Positions 1 to 8,476 of a DNA stretch of 64,000 bases are shown here, piece after piece. The notes beneath the pieces were generated by a model that saw nothing but the letters and a program-made list of their open reading frames with translations, was not told the origin of the DNA and made no database searches. A program made the translations under genes and the position numbers. Source of the DNA: Candidatus Eiseniibacteriota bacterium (GTDB lineage Bacteria; Eisenbacteria; RBG-16-71-46; SZUA-252); NCBI GenBank assembly GCA_005893275.1, contig VBOW01000018.1, positions 12,184 through 76,183 of the forward strand, read 5' to 3'. The stretch's first letter is position 1. Each line of letters starts with the position of its first letter.

Positions 1-2
1 GC

Positions 3-1640
3 CTGATCCCGGATCTCAGGGAGCCCGTGTCCCCCGAGCTTCTCTCCTCGGCGTTACACGACTCTTGCCCCGATGTGGCCATCTCGGCCGCCGAGGCGTT
101 CGCCATCCTGCGCTTCCCGCGCGCCTCCGACATCCTGTCCGAGTGCCTCGCCCTGAGACCCCAGCTCGCCGGGCCCTTGGCGCTCGCCCTGGCGCGGCTC
201 GAGGAATCGGGCGCCGAAGAGCTTCTCGTCGACCGGCTGGGGCAGGGGGATCCCGCGATCCGGATCGCCGTGCTGCGCGCGCTCGGCGCGTGCGGGACGG
301 CGCGCTCGGTGCCGCAGCTCATGGGGCTTCTCGGTTGCGGAGACCCGGTGGTGGAGGGAGAAGCCCTCGCCGCGCTCGTCCGCGTCCGCGAACGCTCTCC
401 GAGCGCGGTGGGAAGGGACGAGATGCCTTCCGACCTGGTGGCAGAGAGGCTTCCGGAGCTCATGACGTCCCAGGATCGCCACCGGCTTCTGACGGGGATC
501 GCGTTGATCGGGTGGCTTCGGCCGCCCGAAGGCCCAGCCCTTCTCCTCGGGCTCCTCGAATCGCCCGACCGGGTGGTGCGCGAGCGGGCGCGGGAGACTT
601 TCGGCGCGGTCGCGGCCGGTGCGGAACGCGCCGCGCTCGAATCGGTCGCGGAGTTCGCGGACCGGCACCCCGCAGCGGCGGCCGCCGCGCTCGACCGGGT
701 CGCGGTGGCCCGCGAGGAGGAATCGCGGTCGCTATGCCTCGGTCTGACGCAGCATCCCGACGCCAAGGTGCGCGAGCGCGCCGTGGCCCTCGCGGGCCGC
801 TCCGGCGGAGCGGGAACGCCCGAGGCGCTTCTCGCGCTTGCCGGGGATCCGGTGGGCCACGTCCGCGCGCAAGCGGCCGAGGCGCTCGGGATTCTGCGCT
901 GGAAGGGGGCGGGGCCGGCGCTCGAAGCGCTCCTGTCCGACCCTTTCCCCGACGTCCGGCAGGCCGCGCTCTCGGCGCTCGGCACCCTCCGGGACCACGA
1001 GGTGGACCCGGAGCGGCTCTTCGAGCGGGCGCGGGGCGCTCCGGCGCGCGCCGCGGCCCTTCGCGCCTGCGACCCGCGCCGGGCGGGCGCCCAGTTTCGG
1101 AGCGCGATCTCCGACCCGGATTCCCAGGTGAGGCTGGCGGCCGCGATGAGCTTGAACGAGCACGGCGTCTGGCTCGAGGAGGCGGCGGCCCTCCTCGCGG
1201 ACGAGGACCCGCGCGTTCGCGCGCATGCGTTGCACGCGCGCCTCAAGGCCTCGCCTGCGCTCGGTCTGGAGCCGCTCGCGGCATTCCTCCGCGACCGAGA
1301 CGAGGGCGTCCGGCAAACGTTCGCCATCGGCCTCGAGCGGGCGACCGGAGTCGAGCGCGGCGTCTGGCTGAGGAGGCTCCTCGGCGACCCCAGCGCCGCG
1401 GTGGGGCGCGCGGCGGCCCGTGCGCTGGCGCATCATCACGATCCGCAGACGATCGGCTCGCTGCTCGACGCCGTCTCGACCGGGCAGCCGGCGGTCGCGG
1501 CGCAGGCGATCGAATCGCTGGGCTCTCTCGGGGCCCCCGAGGCGCTGCCGAGGCTTCGGGCGGTCGCGCGAGGAGGCGATCCCTCGCTGCGGGATCTCGC
1601 CGCCCACGCGATCCGCCGTATCGAGGAGTCGCGCTCGTGA
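3..1640 (+). CDS. HEAT-repeat (PBS lyase-like) protein, 5' truncated by window edge
   Basis: Many repeats of the type L.D.D..VR..A..ALG (e.g. LAGDPVGHVRAQAAEALG, LLSDPFPDVRQAALSALG). Frame is open from base 3. Confidence 0.85.
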   Translation: MIPDLREPVSPELLSSALHDSCPDVAISAAEAFAILRFPRASDILSECLALRPQLAGPLALALARLEESGAEELLVDRLGQGDPAIRIAVLRALGACGTARSVPQLMGLLGCGDPVVEGEALAALVRVRERSPSAVGRDEMPSDLVAERLPELMTSQDRHRLLTGIALIGWLRPPEGPALLLGLLESPDRVVRERARETFGAVAAGAERAALESVAEFADRHPAAAAAALDRVAVAREEESRSLCLGLTQHPDAKVRERAVALAGRSGGAGTPEALLALAGDPVGHVRAQAAEALGILRWKGAGPALEALLSDPFPDVRQAALSALGTLRDHEVDPERLFERARGAPARAAALRACDPRRAGAQFRSAISDPDSQVRLAAAMSLNEHGVWLEEAAALLADEDPRVRAHALHARLKASPALGLEPLAAFLRDRDEGVRQTFAIGLERATGVERGVWLRRLLGDPSAAVGRAAARALAHHHDPQTIGSLLDAVSTGQPAVAAQAIESLGSLGAPEALPRLRAVARGGDPSLRDLAAHAIRRIEESRS

Positions 1641-2833
1641 GATCGCGGAGCGCGCTCCCGGCGGACGGTGAAGCGTCCGCGCCGAGGCAGCACGCGCTCG
1701 AGGCTGCGTGGAGCTTTCTCCGCCACGCGCCGTTCGGGGTGATCGCGATCGACCGCGATGCCACGGTGCTCGCGATCAACCCCGCCGCATCGAAGCTCCT
1801 CGGATACTCCTCCGAGGAGGTGGAAGGGGAAGCGGTCGCGCGCATCCTGCGCGCGCCGCGCGGCGAGTCGCACGTGCCGCCGGGCGCGTGCGCGGCGCCC
1901 GAGGAGGCGCGCGAGGTGGAAGTCGTCACCCGCTCCGGAGACGTGCTCCCGGTGGGGCTGAGGCTTCTCCCGCTCGAGGCGTTGGACGGGTCGCTTCAAG
2001 GCACGATTGCTCTCTTTCAAGATCTGAGAGAGCAGAAGGCGCTCGAGGAGCAGTGGCGCCGCCGCGACCGGCTCGCCTCGCTGGGTGCCCTCGCGGCGGG
2101 TGTCGCCCACGAGATCCGGAATCCTTTGGCGGGCATCGGCACCTCCGCCCAGGTGATGAAGCGGAGGCTGGAGGTCGGGGATCCGAGAGCGCAGTTCGTG
2201 GACCTGATCCTCGAGGAAGTCTCCCGGCTCGACCGCATCGTCACCGGGCTGCTCCAGTTCGCGCGGCCGGCGACCCCCAAGCTCCAGCGCCAGTCGATGC
2301 TCCCCGCGGTTGAAAAGGCGCTCACGCTCGTCCACGAGGTCGCGGTACGGCAGAACGTGCTCATCCGGGTCGACCGGGCGGACAGCGTTCCCGACGTCTA
2401 CGTGGACCTGGATCAGATCCTACAAGTGATCCTGAACGTGCTCATGAACGCGCTCCAGGCTCTGGACAAGGGCGGAGAGCTGGAGGTTTGGATCGGTCCG
2501 ATTCGCAAGCGGCTCGCCGAACGCTCGTCGCTGGGCCGTCGCGCCGCGGATCGGATCGGAGCCCGGCGCCCGGCCCGGCCGCTCGATCTGGTCGAGGTGC
2601 GGGTGCGCGACAACGGCCCCGGAATTCCGGCCGCCGTGCTGGCGCGCGTCTTCGATCCGTTCTACACGACCCGCACGCAAGGGACCGGGCTCGGCCTCAG
2701 CATCTGCCAGACCATCATCCGGGAGCACGGAGGCTCCATCTCGATCGAAAGCGTGGTCGGGCAGGGGACCCAGGTGCTCATCGACCTACCCGTGGAGAAA
2801 CGACATGGAGACAGGCGCGGTAGTCCTCGCTAA
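1637..2833 (+). CDS. PAS-domain sensor histidine kinase (NtrB/AtoS-like, cytoplasmic)
   Basis: GTG overlaps the upstream TGA. PAS (GVIAIDRDATVLAINPAASKLLGYS), H-box AHEIRNPL, N-box QVILNVLMNA, DNGPGI, FDPFYTT, GTGLGL. Confidence 0.9.
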   Translation: MRSRSALPADGEASAPRQHALEAAWSFLRHAPFGVIAIDRDATVLAINPAASKLLGYSSEEVEGEAVARILRAPRGESHVPPGACAAPEEAREVEVVTRSGDVLPVGLRLLPLEALDGSLQGTIALFQDLREQKALEEQWRRRDRLASLGALAAGVAHEIRNPLAGIGTSAQVMKRRLEVGDPRAQFVDLILEEVSRLDRIVTGLLQFARPATPKLQRQSMLPAVEKALTLVHEVAVRQNVLIRVDRADSVPDVYVDLDQILQVILNVLMNALQALDKGGELEVWIGPIRKRLAERSSLGRRAADRIGARRPARPLDLVEVRVRDNGPGIPAAVLARVFDPFYTTRTQGTGLGLSICQTIIREHGGSISIESVVGQGTQVLIDLPVEKRHGDRRGSPR

Positions 2834-4226
2834 GCAGACCTTCGGAATTCTGGTCGTGGACGACGAGAAGACGCTCCGGTACGCGCTCAAGGAGGGGCTA
2901 TCGGAGGAAGGGTATCGGGTGGAGACGGCGGGGGACGTCGCCGAGGCGCTGGCGCTTCTGGATCGCGAGGAATTCCACCTGGCTCTTCTCGACCAGAAGC
3001 TTCCGGACGGGAGCGGGCTCGAGCTCCTGAGGCAGCTCAAATCGCGGTATCCCGCGATGCAGGTCGTCATCATGACGGCGTTCGGCAAGTTCGAATCCGC
3101 CGTGGAGGCGACCAAGGCGGGCTGCTTCGATTACATCGGGAAGCCCTTCGAGCTCGATCACATGAAGCTCGTGATCCAGAACGCGCTCTCCCAAGTACGG
3201 CTTGCCGAGGAAGTGACCCGCCTGCGCCATGCCGAACGGCGCCGCGCGGGATCGACCCTCATCGTGGGCGGAAGCTCGAAGCTCGCCAAGATCTTCGAAA
3301 CCATCCGAAAGGTCGCGAGCACCGGCACGTCGACCGTCCTCCTGCAGGGGGAGACGGGTGTCGGTAAGGAGCTCCTGGCCCGGGAAATCCACGATTTGGG
3401 GCCGACCCATGATGGCCCCTTCGTCGAGGTGAACTGCAGCGCGTTTCCGGAAAATCTCCTCGAGAGCGAGCTGTTCGGCTACGAGAAGGGGGCCTTCACA
3501 GACGCGAAACGGACCAAGAAGGGCCTCATGGAGCTCGCGAACGGGGGCACGCTCTTCCTGGATGAAATCGGCGAAATGAGTCTCGGACTCCAATCGAAGC
3601 TTTTGCGCGCGCTCGAGATGAAGCGCTTTCGCCGCGTGATGGGCGTGAGCGACATCGTGATCGAAACCCGTGTGTTGGCCGCCACGAACCGCGATTTGAA
3701 GTCGCTCGTGGCGCAGGAGAAATTCCGCGAGGACCTGTACTTCCGGCTCGACGTGATCCGGATCGTCGTTCCGCCGCTCCGCGAGCGGCCGGAGGACATC
3801 CCGCCTCTGATCGACCATTTTGTGGGGCACTGGAACCGGGAGCTGGGACGGAACGTGAAGGGGCCGACCGACCGCGCCCTGGAGCTCCTGCTCGCGTATC
3901 GCTGGCCGGGGAACGTTCGCGAGCTGAGGAACGTGATCGAGCGGGCGATCCTGCTCGAGAGCGAGGAGTGGATTCTTCCGGAGCATCTGCCGGTCGAGAT
4001 CGTGGGCGCGGCGGGGGGCGGGCCCGCGGTGCTCGAGACCCGTCTCAAGGGGGAAGGGGGCATCACCACGCTCGCCCAGGCGGAGCGCATCGCGATCGAG
4101 ATGGCGCTTGGGCAGGCGGGAGGCAACAAGACCAAAGCCGCGGAGTGGCTCGGCATCTCGAGGCAGACCCTGCGCACCAAGCTCAAGGAGTACAGGATCG
4201 AGTCCGTCGCCGGACATGGCGGCTGA
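2805..4226 (+). CDS. Sigma54-dependent response regulator (NtrC/AtoC family)
   Basis: Receiver (VVDDE, LLDQKLPD, KPF), AAA+ GETGVGKE, ESELFGYEKGAFTDA, WPGNVREL, Fis-type HTH. Confidence 0.95.
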   Translation: METGAVVLAKQTFGILVVDDEKTLRYALKEGLSEEGYRVETAGDVAEALALLDREEFHLALLDQKLPDGSGLELLRQLKSRYPAMQVVIMTAFGKFESAVEATKAGCFDYIGKPFELDHMKLVIQNALSQVRLAEEVTRLRHAERRRAGSTLIVGGSSKLAKIFETIRKVASTGTSTVLLQGETGVGKELLAREIHDLGPTHDGPFVEVNCSAFPENLLESELFGYEKGAFTDAKRTKKGLMELANGGTLFLDEIGEMSLGLQSKLLRALEMKRFRRVMGVSDIVIETRVLAATNRDLKSLVAQEKFREDLYFRLDVIRIVVPPLRERPEDIPPLIDHFVGHWNRELGRNVKGPTDRALELLLAYRWPGNVRELRNVIERAILLESEEWILPEHLPVEIVGAAGGGPAVLETRLKGEGGITTLAQAERIAIEMALGQAGGNKTKAAEWLGISRQTLRTKLKEYRIESVAGHGG

Positions 4227-5466
4227 ACGAGGCGGCGCCGACCTCGCCCGACGTCCGATCGTGGCGCTCGAGAGGCGCATCGGGGACCTGTTCGGCCTCT
4301 CCCTCAAGGAGTGCACCCCCGAGGGATTGGCCCAGCGGCTCCGTTTCCGAATCCAGGACCGCGCCCTGGACGGCGTCGAAGCCTACGCGGAATACCTCCT
4401 TTACTCCGAAGATCCCGCCGCGTGGGAAGTCCTTGCGGAGACCTTGACCGCGAACGAGTCCCGCGTTTTCGGCATGCCCAGCGATTTCGCGCCGCTCTTC
4501 GAGATCACGTCCGATCCCCAATGGTCACGATACGCGAACCCGGAGGCGGGCCCGTTTCGGTGCCTGAGCGCCGCGTGCGGAACGGGCGAGGAAGCCTACT
4601 CGCTGGCGATCGCCCTCGCCGAGGCGCGCGCTCCGGCGCTCGAGTTCGAGGTGATCGGCGTGGACCTGAGCGCGCGGGCGATCGCGAGCGCGCGCCGGGC
4701 CTCGTATCCGCGCGCGCGCGCCGCCTCCCTTCCAGCGGAGATCCTGCAACGCTACTTTACGGAGCGAGACGGCGAAATCGTCGCGGAGCCCCTCCGGACA
4801 CGCGTCCGCTTCGCGCGGATCAATCTCTGCGAGCCCGATTCGCTCGCGCCACTCGAATCGTTCGATCTCATCCTGGCGCGGGACTTTCTCCCCGCCCTGA
4901 CCGCGGACGGGCGGCGGGCGGCCCTGACGAACCTCTCCCGGGCGCTGAAGCCCGGAGGCGTTCTCGTCCTCGGTCCCGGGGACTCCGTCGGCGAATCGGA
5001 TCTGGGCCTCACGCCCACCCGGTGGGGGGAGCGATACGCGTACGAGAAGCCGGACGCGGAGGCGGGGGCGGTACGCGGCGCCGCCCCCGAGGAAGATCCG
5101 GACCCGAGAATGGCGCTCGTGGCGCACCACTCCTCGCTCGTCCGCGCCTGGGTCCGGATTCTGCTCGAGCAGCGCGGCTTCGCGGTGGACGAGGCCCCGG
5201 ACGGCATTCGGGTGCTCGAGCGGGCGGTGATCGGAAGACCTCCCGGCGTCTATTTGCTCGAGCGGACCCTTCCACCGCAGGGCGGGCCATGGGTCGCCGA
5301 CCGGCTGGCGCGGCTCGGGGCCCCGCGTCCGGTGGTCCTGGCCTTCCTCGCGCCGGGCGGCGGATCCGGATCGGAGGGCGCGCCTCCGAACGAAGGAGCC
5401 CAAGTCATCGAGCTTCCGCTCTCGGGCCGCGATCTCGACGCCGTGCTGCCCCGCCACTTGCCCTGA
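4216..5466 (+). CDS. CheR-family SAM methyltransferase fused to a degenerate receiver domain
   Basis: SAACGTGEEAYSLAI, GVDLS, VRFARINL, FDLIL, LKPGGVLVLG. C-terminal REC-like segment lacks the canonical Asp and Lys. Confidence 0.8.
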   Translation: MAAERGGADLARRPIVALERRIGDLFGLSLKECTPEGLAQRLRFRIQDRALDGVEAYAEYLLYSEDPAAWEVLAETLTANESRVFGMPSDFAPLFEITSDPQWSRYANPEAGPFRCLSAACGTGEEAYSLAIALAEARAPALEFEVIGVDLSARAIASARRASYPRARAASLPAEILQRYFTERDGEIVAEPLRTRVRFARINLCEPDSLAPLESFDLILARDFLPALTADGRRAALTNLSRALKPGGVLVLGPGDSVGESDLGLTPTRWGERYAYEKPDAEAGAVRGAAPEEDPDPRMALVAHHSSLVRAWVRILLEQRGFAVDEAPDGIRVLERAVIGRPPGVYLLERTLPPQGGPWVADRLARLGAPRPVVLAFLAPGGGSGSEGAPPNEGAQVIELPLSGRDLDAVLPRHLP

Positions 5467-6614
5467 ACCCTTTCGCGTCCATATCCACGCGCGACCCCGT
5501 CGCGCCGCGCGCGGGGACGCTCGTCACGCCTCACGGCGAGGTCCGGACTCCCGCGTTCATGCCGGTTGGAACGCAGGGGAGCGTCAAGGGGCTCTCGCCC
5601 GCCGATCTTCGAGCCTCCGGGACCCAGATCCTGCTCGCGAACACCTACCACCTCATGCTTCGGCCTGGATCGGCCGTGATCCGTGGCCTGGGCGGTCTCC
5701 ACCGGTTCATGGCGTGGGATCGGCCGATCCTGACCGACAGCGGCGGCTATCAGGTGCTGAGCCTGAAAGGCCTCGTGAAGGTGCGCGAGGAAGGGGTCGA
5801 ATTCCGCTCGCATCTCGACGGAGCGCTCGAGTTCCTGACCCCCGAGCGTTCGATGGAGGTGCAGGCGGATCTCGGCTCGGATATCGCCGTCACGCTCGAT
5901 CACGCGGTCCCGCTTCCGCTGGATCCCGCCGCGCAGCGCGAGGCGGGGGAGCGCACGATCCGCTGGACGGAACGCTCGCTCCACCGCGCGCGGGAGCTCG
6001 AGCCCGCCGGCGGAGCGCGCCAGCTCCTCTTCGCGATCGTCCAGGGGGGAGGGGATCCGGCGTTGAGGAAGGAAATGGCGGCGCGGACCTCGGCGTTCGA
6101 ATGCGACGGGTTCGCGATCGGCGGGCTCTCCGTGGGGGAGGAAAAGCGCGAGACATGGGCTCTGGCGCGGGCCGCCGCCGAAGCCCTTCCCGCGGACCGG
6201 CCGCGCTATCTCATGGGGATGGGCACGCCGCTGGATTTGCTCGAGGGGATCGCCTGCGGCATCGACCTCTTCGATTGCGTGCTGCCGACCCGAAACGCCC
6301 GGAACGGGATGGCCTTCACCGCCGCCGGACCGCTCAACATCCGAAACGCCGAGCACGCGGGCTCGGAGCGTCCGCTCGACGCCGGATGCGCGTGCGAAGC
6401 GTGCGCGCTCATGAGCCGCGCCTACCTGCGTCACCTCCACCTCGCGGGTGAGATCCTGGCGCATCGAATGCTGACCTTGCACAACGTCACGTTTTACCAG
6501 ACACTGATGGAAGGCGCCCGCCGCGCGATCGAGCGCGGCCTCTACCACCAATACGCGCGGGAGTTTTCGGAGCGCTACCGCGAACGGGACGGGAACCCTC
6601 CCGCGCCCGCGTGA
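5463..6614 (+). CDS. tgt: tRNA-guanine(34) transglycosylase
   Basis: TPAFMPVGT, LANTYHL, TDSGGYQ, GGLSVGE, FDCVLPTR, CACEAC...H zinc site. Start uncertain (CTG 5463 inferred). Confidence 0.95.
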   Translation: MNPFASISTRDPVAPRAGTLVTPHGEVRTPAFMPVGTQGSVKGLSPADLRASGTQILLANTYHLMLRPGSAVIRGLGGLHRFMAWDRPILTDSGGYQVLSLKGLVKVREEGVEFRSHLDGALEFLTPERSMEVQADLGSDIAVTLDHAVPLPLDPAAQREAGERTIRWTERSLHRARELEPAGGARQLLFAIVQGGGDPALRKEMAARTSAFECDGFAIGGLSVGEEKRETWALARAAAEALPADRPRYLMGMGTPLDLLEGIACGIDLFDCVLPTRNARNGMAFTAAGPLNIRNAEHAGSERPLDAGCACEACALMSRAYLRHLHLAGEILAHRMLTLHNVTFYQTLMEGARRAIERGLYHQYAREFSERYRERDGNPPAPA

Positions 6615-6631
6615 CCGGAGGAAACAAATCG

Positions 6632-6958
6632 ATGCTCGACGTGGCGTTCGCGCAGGCGACCCAGGCCGCTCCCGAGGCGCCTTCTTCGATGGACCAGATG
6701 ATCCACATGCTCACGCTGCTGGGAATCACGGTGGGGATCGTCTATTTCATGATCATCCGGCCCCAGCAGCGGAAACAGAAGGAAACCGAGGCGATGCGCT
6801 CTTCGATCCGCAAAGGTGACCGGGTTCTCACGACCGGCGGACTCTTTGGCACGGTCGTCGGCGAGAAGGAGGGCATCGTCGTGCTCAAGGTCGCCGACGA
6901 CGTGAAAATGGAGTTCGCGAGGGAATCGATCGTCCAGGTCAAGGAGCGCAGTGGATAA
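6632..6958 (+). CDS. yajC: Preprotein translocase subunit YajC
   Basis: YFMIIRPQQRKQK, KGDRVLTTGGLFGTV. GGAGG at 6617-6621; follows tgt. Confidence 0.95.
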   Translation: MLDVAFAQATQAAPEAPSSMDQMIHMLTLLGITVGIVYFMIIRPQQRKQKETEAMRSSIRKGDRVLTTGGLFGTVVGEKEGIVVLKVADDVKMEFARESIVQVKERSG

Positions 6959-7505
6959 GGGGACGCTCACGCTTCGCTACTATGGGGATCCCATCCTCCG
7001 TCAGAAGGCGGCGCCGGTCGAACGCGTCACGCCGGAGATCCGCGAAGTGATCCGCGCGATGTTCGACTGCATGTACCGCGAGCGCGGGATCGGTCTCGCG
7101 GCGCCACAGGTCGGGATCTCCCAGCGGATCTTCGTGCTGGACGTGGAGCGGGAGTCCGGGGAGCGCTCGAAATTCGCGCTGGTGAACCCGCTCATCAAGG
7201 AATCGTCCGGGAGCATCGTGGGGGAGGAGGGCTGTCTCAGCATCCCGGGGATCCACGCCGACGTGAAGCGCCGCGCCGAGGTGGTCTTCGAGGGCCTCGA
7301 CGAGGGAGGCGCACCCGTTGTGGTCCGGGGCGACGGGCTCCTGGCCCGGGCGCTCCAGCACGAGCTCGACCATCTGGACGGCGTCCTTTTCGTCGACCGG
7401 CTGAGCCCGATCCGGAGAAAGCTCCTCGAGCCGAAACTCGCGCGGATGCAATTCGGCGAGGCCGGGACGGCCGCTCCGAGCGCGAGCGCGTCGCCTTCCT
7501 TCTAG
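6951..7505 (+). CDS. def: Peptide deformylase
   Basis: GIGLAAPQVG, EGCLSIPG, QHELDHLDG. Confidence 0.97.
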   Translation: MDKGTLTLRYYGDPILRQKAAPVERVTPEIREVIRAMFDCMYRERGIGLAAPQVGISQRIFVLDVERESGERSKFALVNPLIKESSGSIVGEEGCLSIPGIHADVKRRAEVVFEGLDEGGAPVVVRGDGLLARALQHELDHLDGVLFVDRLSPIRRKLLEPKLARMQFGEAGTAAPSASASPSF

Positions 7506-7513
7506 CGGGCGGC

Positions 7514-8476
7514 GTGCGCCTCGTCTACTACGGCACGCCCATCCTCGCGGTTCCTCCCCTCCTGCGGCTCATCGAGGACGGCAAACCGCCCTCGCTCGTC
7601 GTGACGCGGCGCGACCGGCCGAGCGGCCGGGGGCTGGCCCTCGCGCCGTCTCCTGTTCGCGCGGCGGCCGAGGCGCGCGGCATCCCGGTCGCGACCCCCG
7701 AGCGCGCGGGCGCACCGGAGGAGATCGAGAGGCTGCGCGCTCTCGCCCCCGACGTGCTCGTGCTCGTCGCGTACGGTCAAATCCTGAGCCCCGGGCTCCT
7801 CCGCCTTCCCAAGATAGGCGCGATCAACGTGCATTTTTCGCTCCTTCCGAGGCATCGCGGCGCCTCTCCGATCCAGGCCGCGATCCTGGCCGGAGATCGC
7901 GAGGCCGGCGTGACCACCATGTGGATGACGGAGAAACTAGACGAGGGGCCCGTCTTCTCGTCCCTCTCGACACCGATCGGACCCGAGGAGGACGCGGGGA
8001 GCTTGGGTGGGCGCCTGGCCGAGCTGGGCGCCCGCTGCCTTTCGGAAACCCTCACCCGGATCGAACGGGGCGAAATCGTGCGGCGGGACCAGGACCCCTC
8101 GCGCGCGACCTACGCGCCGAAGCTCACGCGGGAGGATTCCCGGCTCTTGCTCGCAGACGATCCCGTCCGGTTCACGCGCAAGGTCCGCGCCTTCGCGCCC
8201 GAGCCCGGCGCCTACCTCGAGCTCGAGCGGGAGAGGATCCAGATCCTCTCGGCCGCGCCCGGCTCGATCGGCGCCGAGGCGGGTCCCGGCGAGCCGCCGG
8301 GCTCCGTTCTTGCCCTCCATCGCGAGCGGGGGCTCGCGATCCGCCTCTCGAGCGGCTCGGTCTGGCTCAAGAGCGTGCGCCCGAGCGGGCGGAAGGTGAT
8401 GGACGCCTTCGCCTACGCGAACGGGGCCCGGATCAAACCGGGGGGTATGCTCCCGGTGAAGGACCTCGCGGCATGA
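7514..8476 (+). CDS. fmt: Methionyl-tRNA formyltransferase
   Basis: YYGTP, VAYGQIL, NVHFSLLPRHRGASPIQ, LDEGPV, ATYAPKL. Follows def. Confidence 0.95.
   Translation: MRLVYYGTPILAVPPLLRLIEDGKPPSLVVTRRDRPSGRGLALAPSPVRAAAEARGIPVATPERAGAPEEIERLRALAPDVLVLVAYGQILSPGLLRLPKIGAINVHFSLLPRHRGASPIQAAILAGDREAGVTTMWMTEKLDEGPVFSSLSTPIGPEEDAGSLGGRLAELGARCLSETLTRIERGEIVRRDQDPSRATYAPKLTREDSRLLLADDPVRFTRKVRAFAPEPGAYLELERERIQILSAAPGSIGAEAGPGEPPGSVLALHRERGLAIRLSSGSVWLKSVRPSGRKVMDAFAYANGARIKPGGMLPVKDLAA

Noticed and set aside
65..1636. N-terminal ~520 aa of the 922-aa ORF 65..2833
   Set aside because: Arg/Gly/Pro-rich shadow frame over the HEAT gene; the kinase starts at about 1637.
3490..3507. GAFTDA instead of GAFTGA in the sigma54 activator
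   Set aside because: A common variant among enhancer-binding proteins; not evidence of lost function.
4311..5462. N-terminal extension of the 767-aa ORF containing tgt
   Set aside because: Off-frame overlap with cheR and no recognisable domain; GC-rich artefact.
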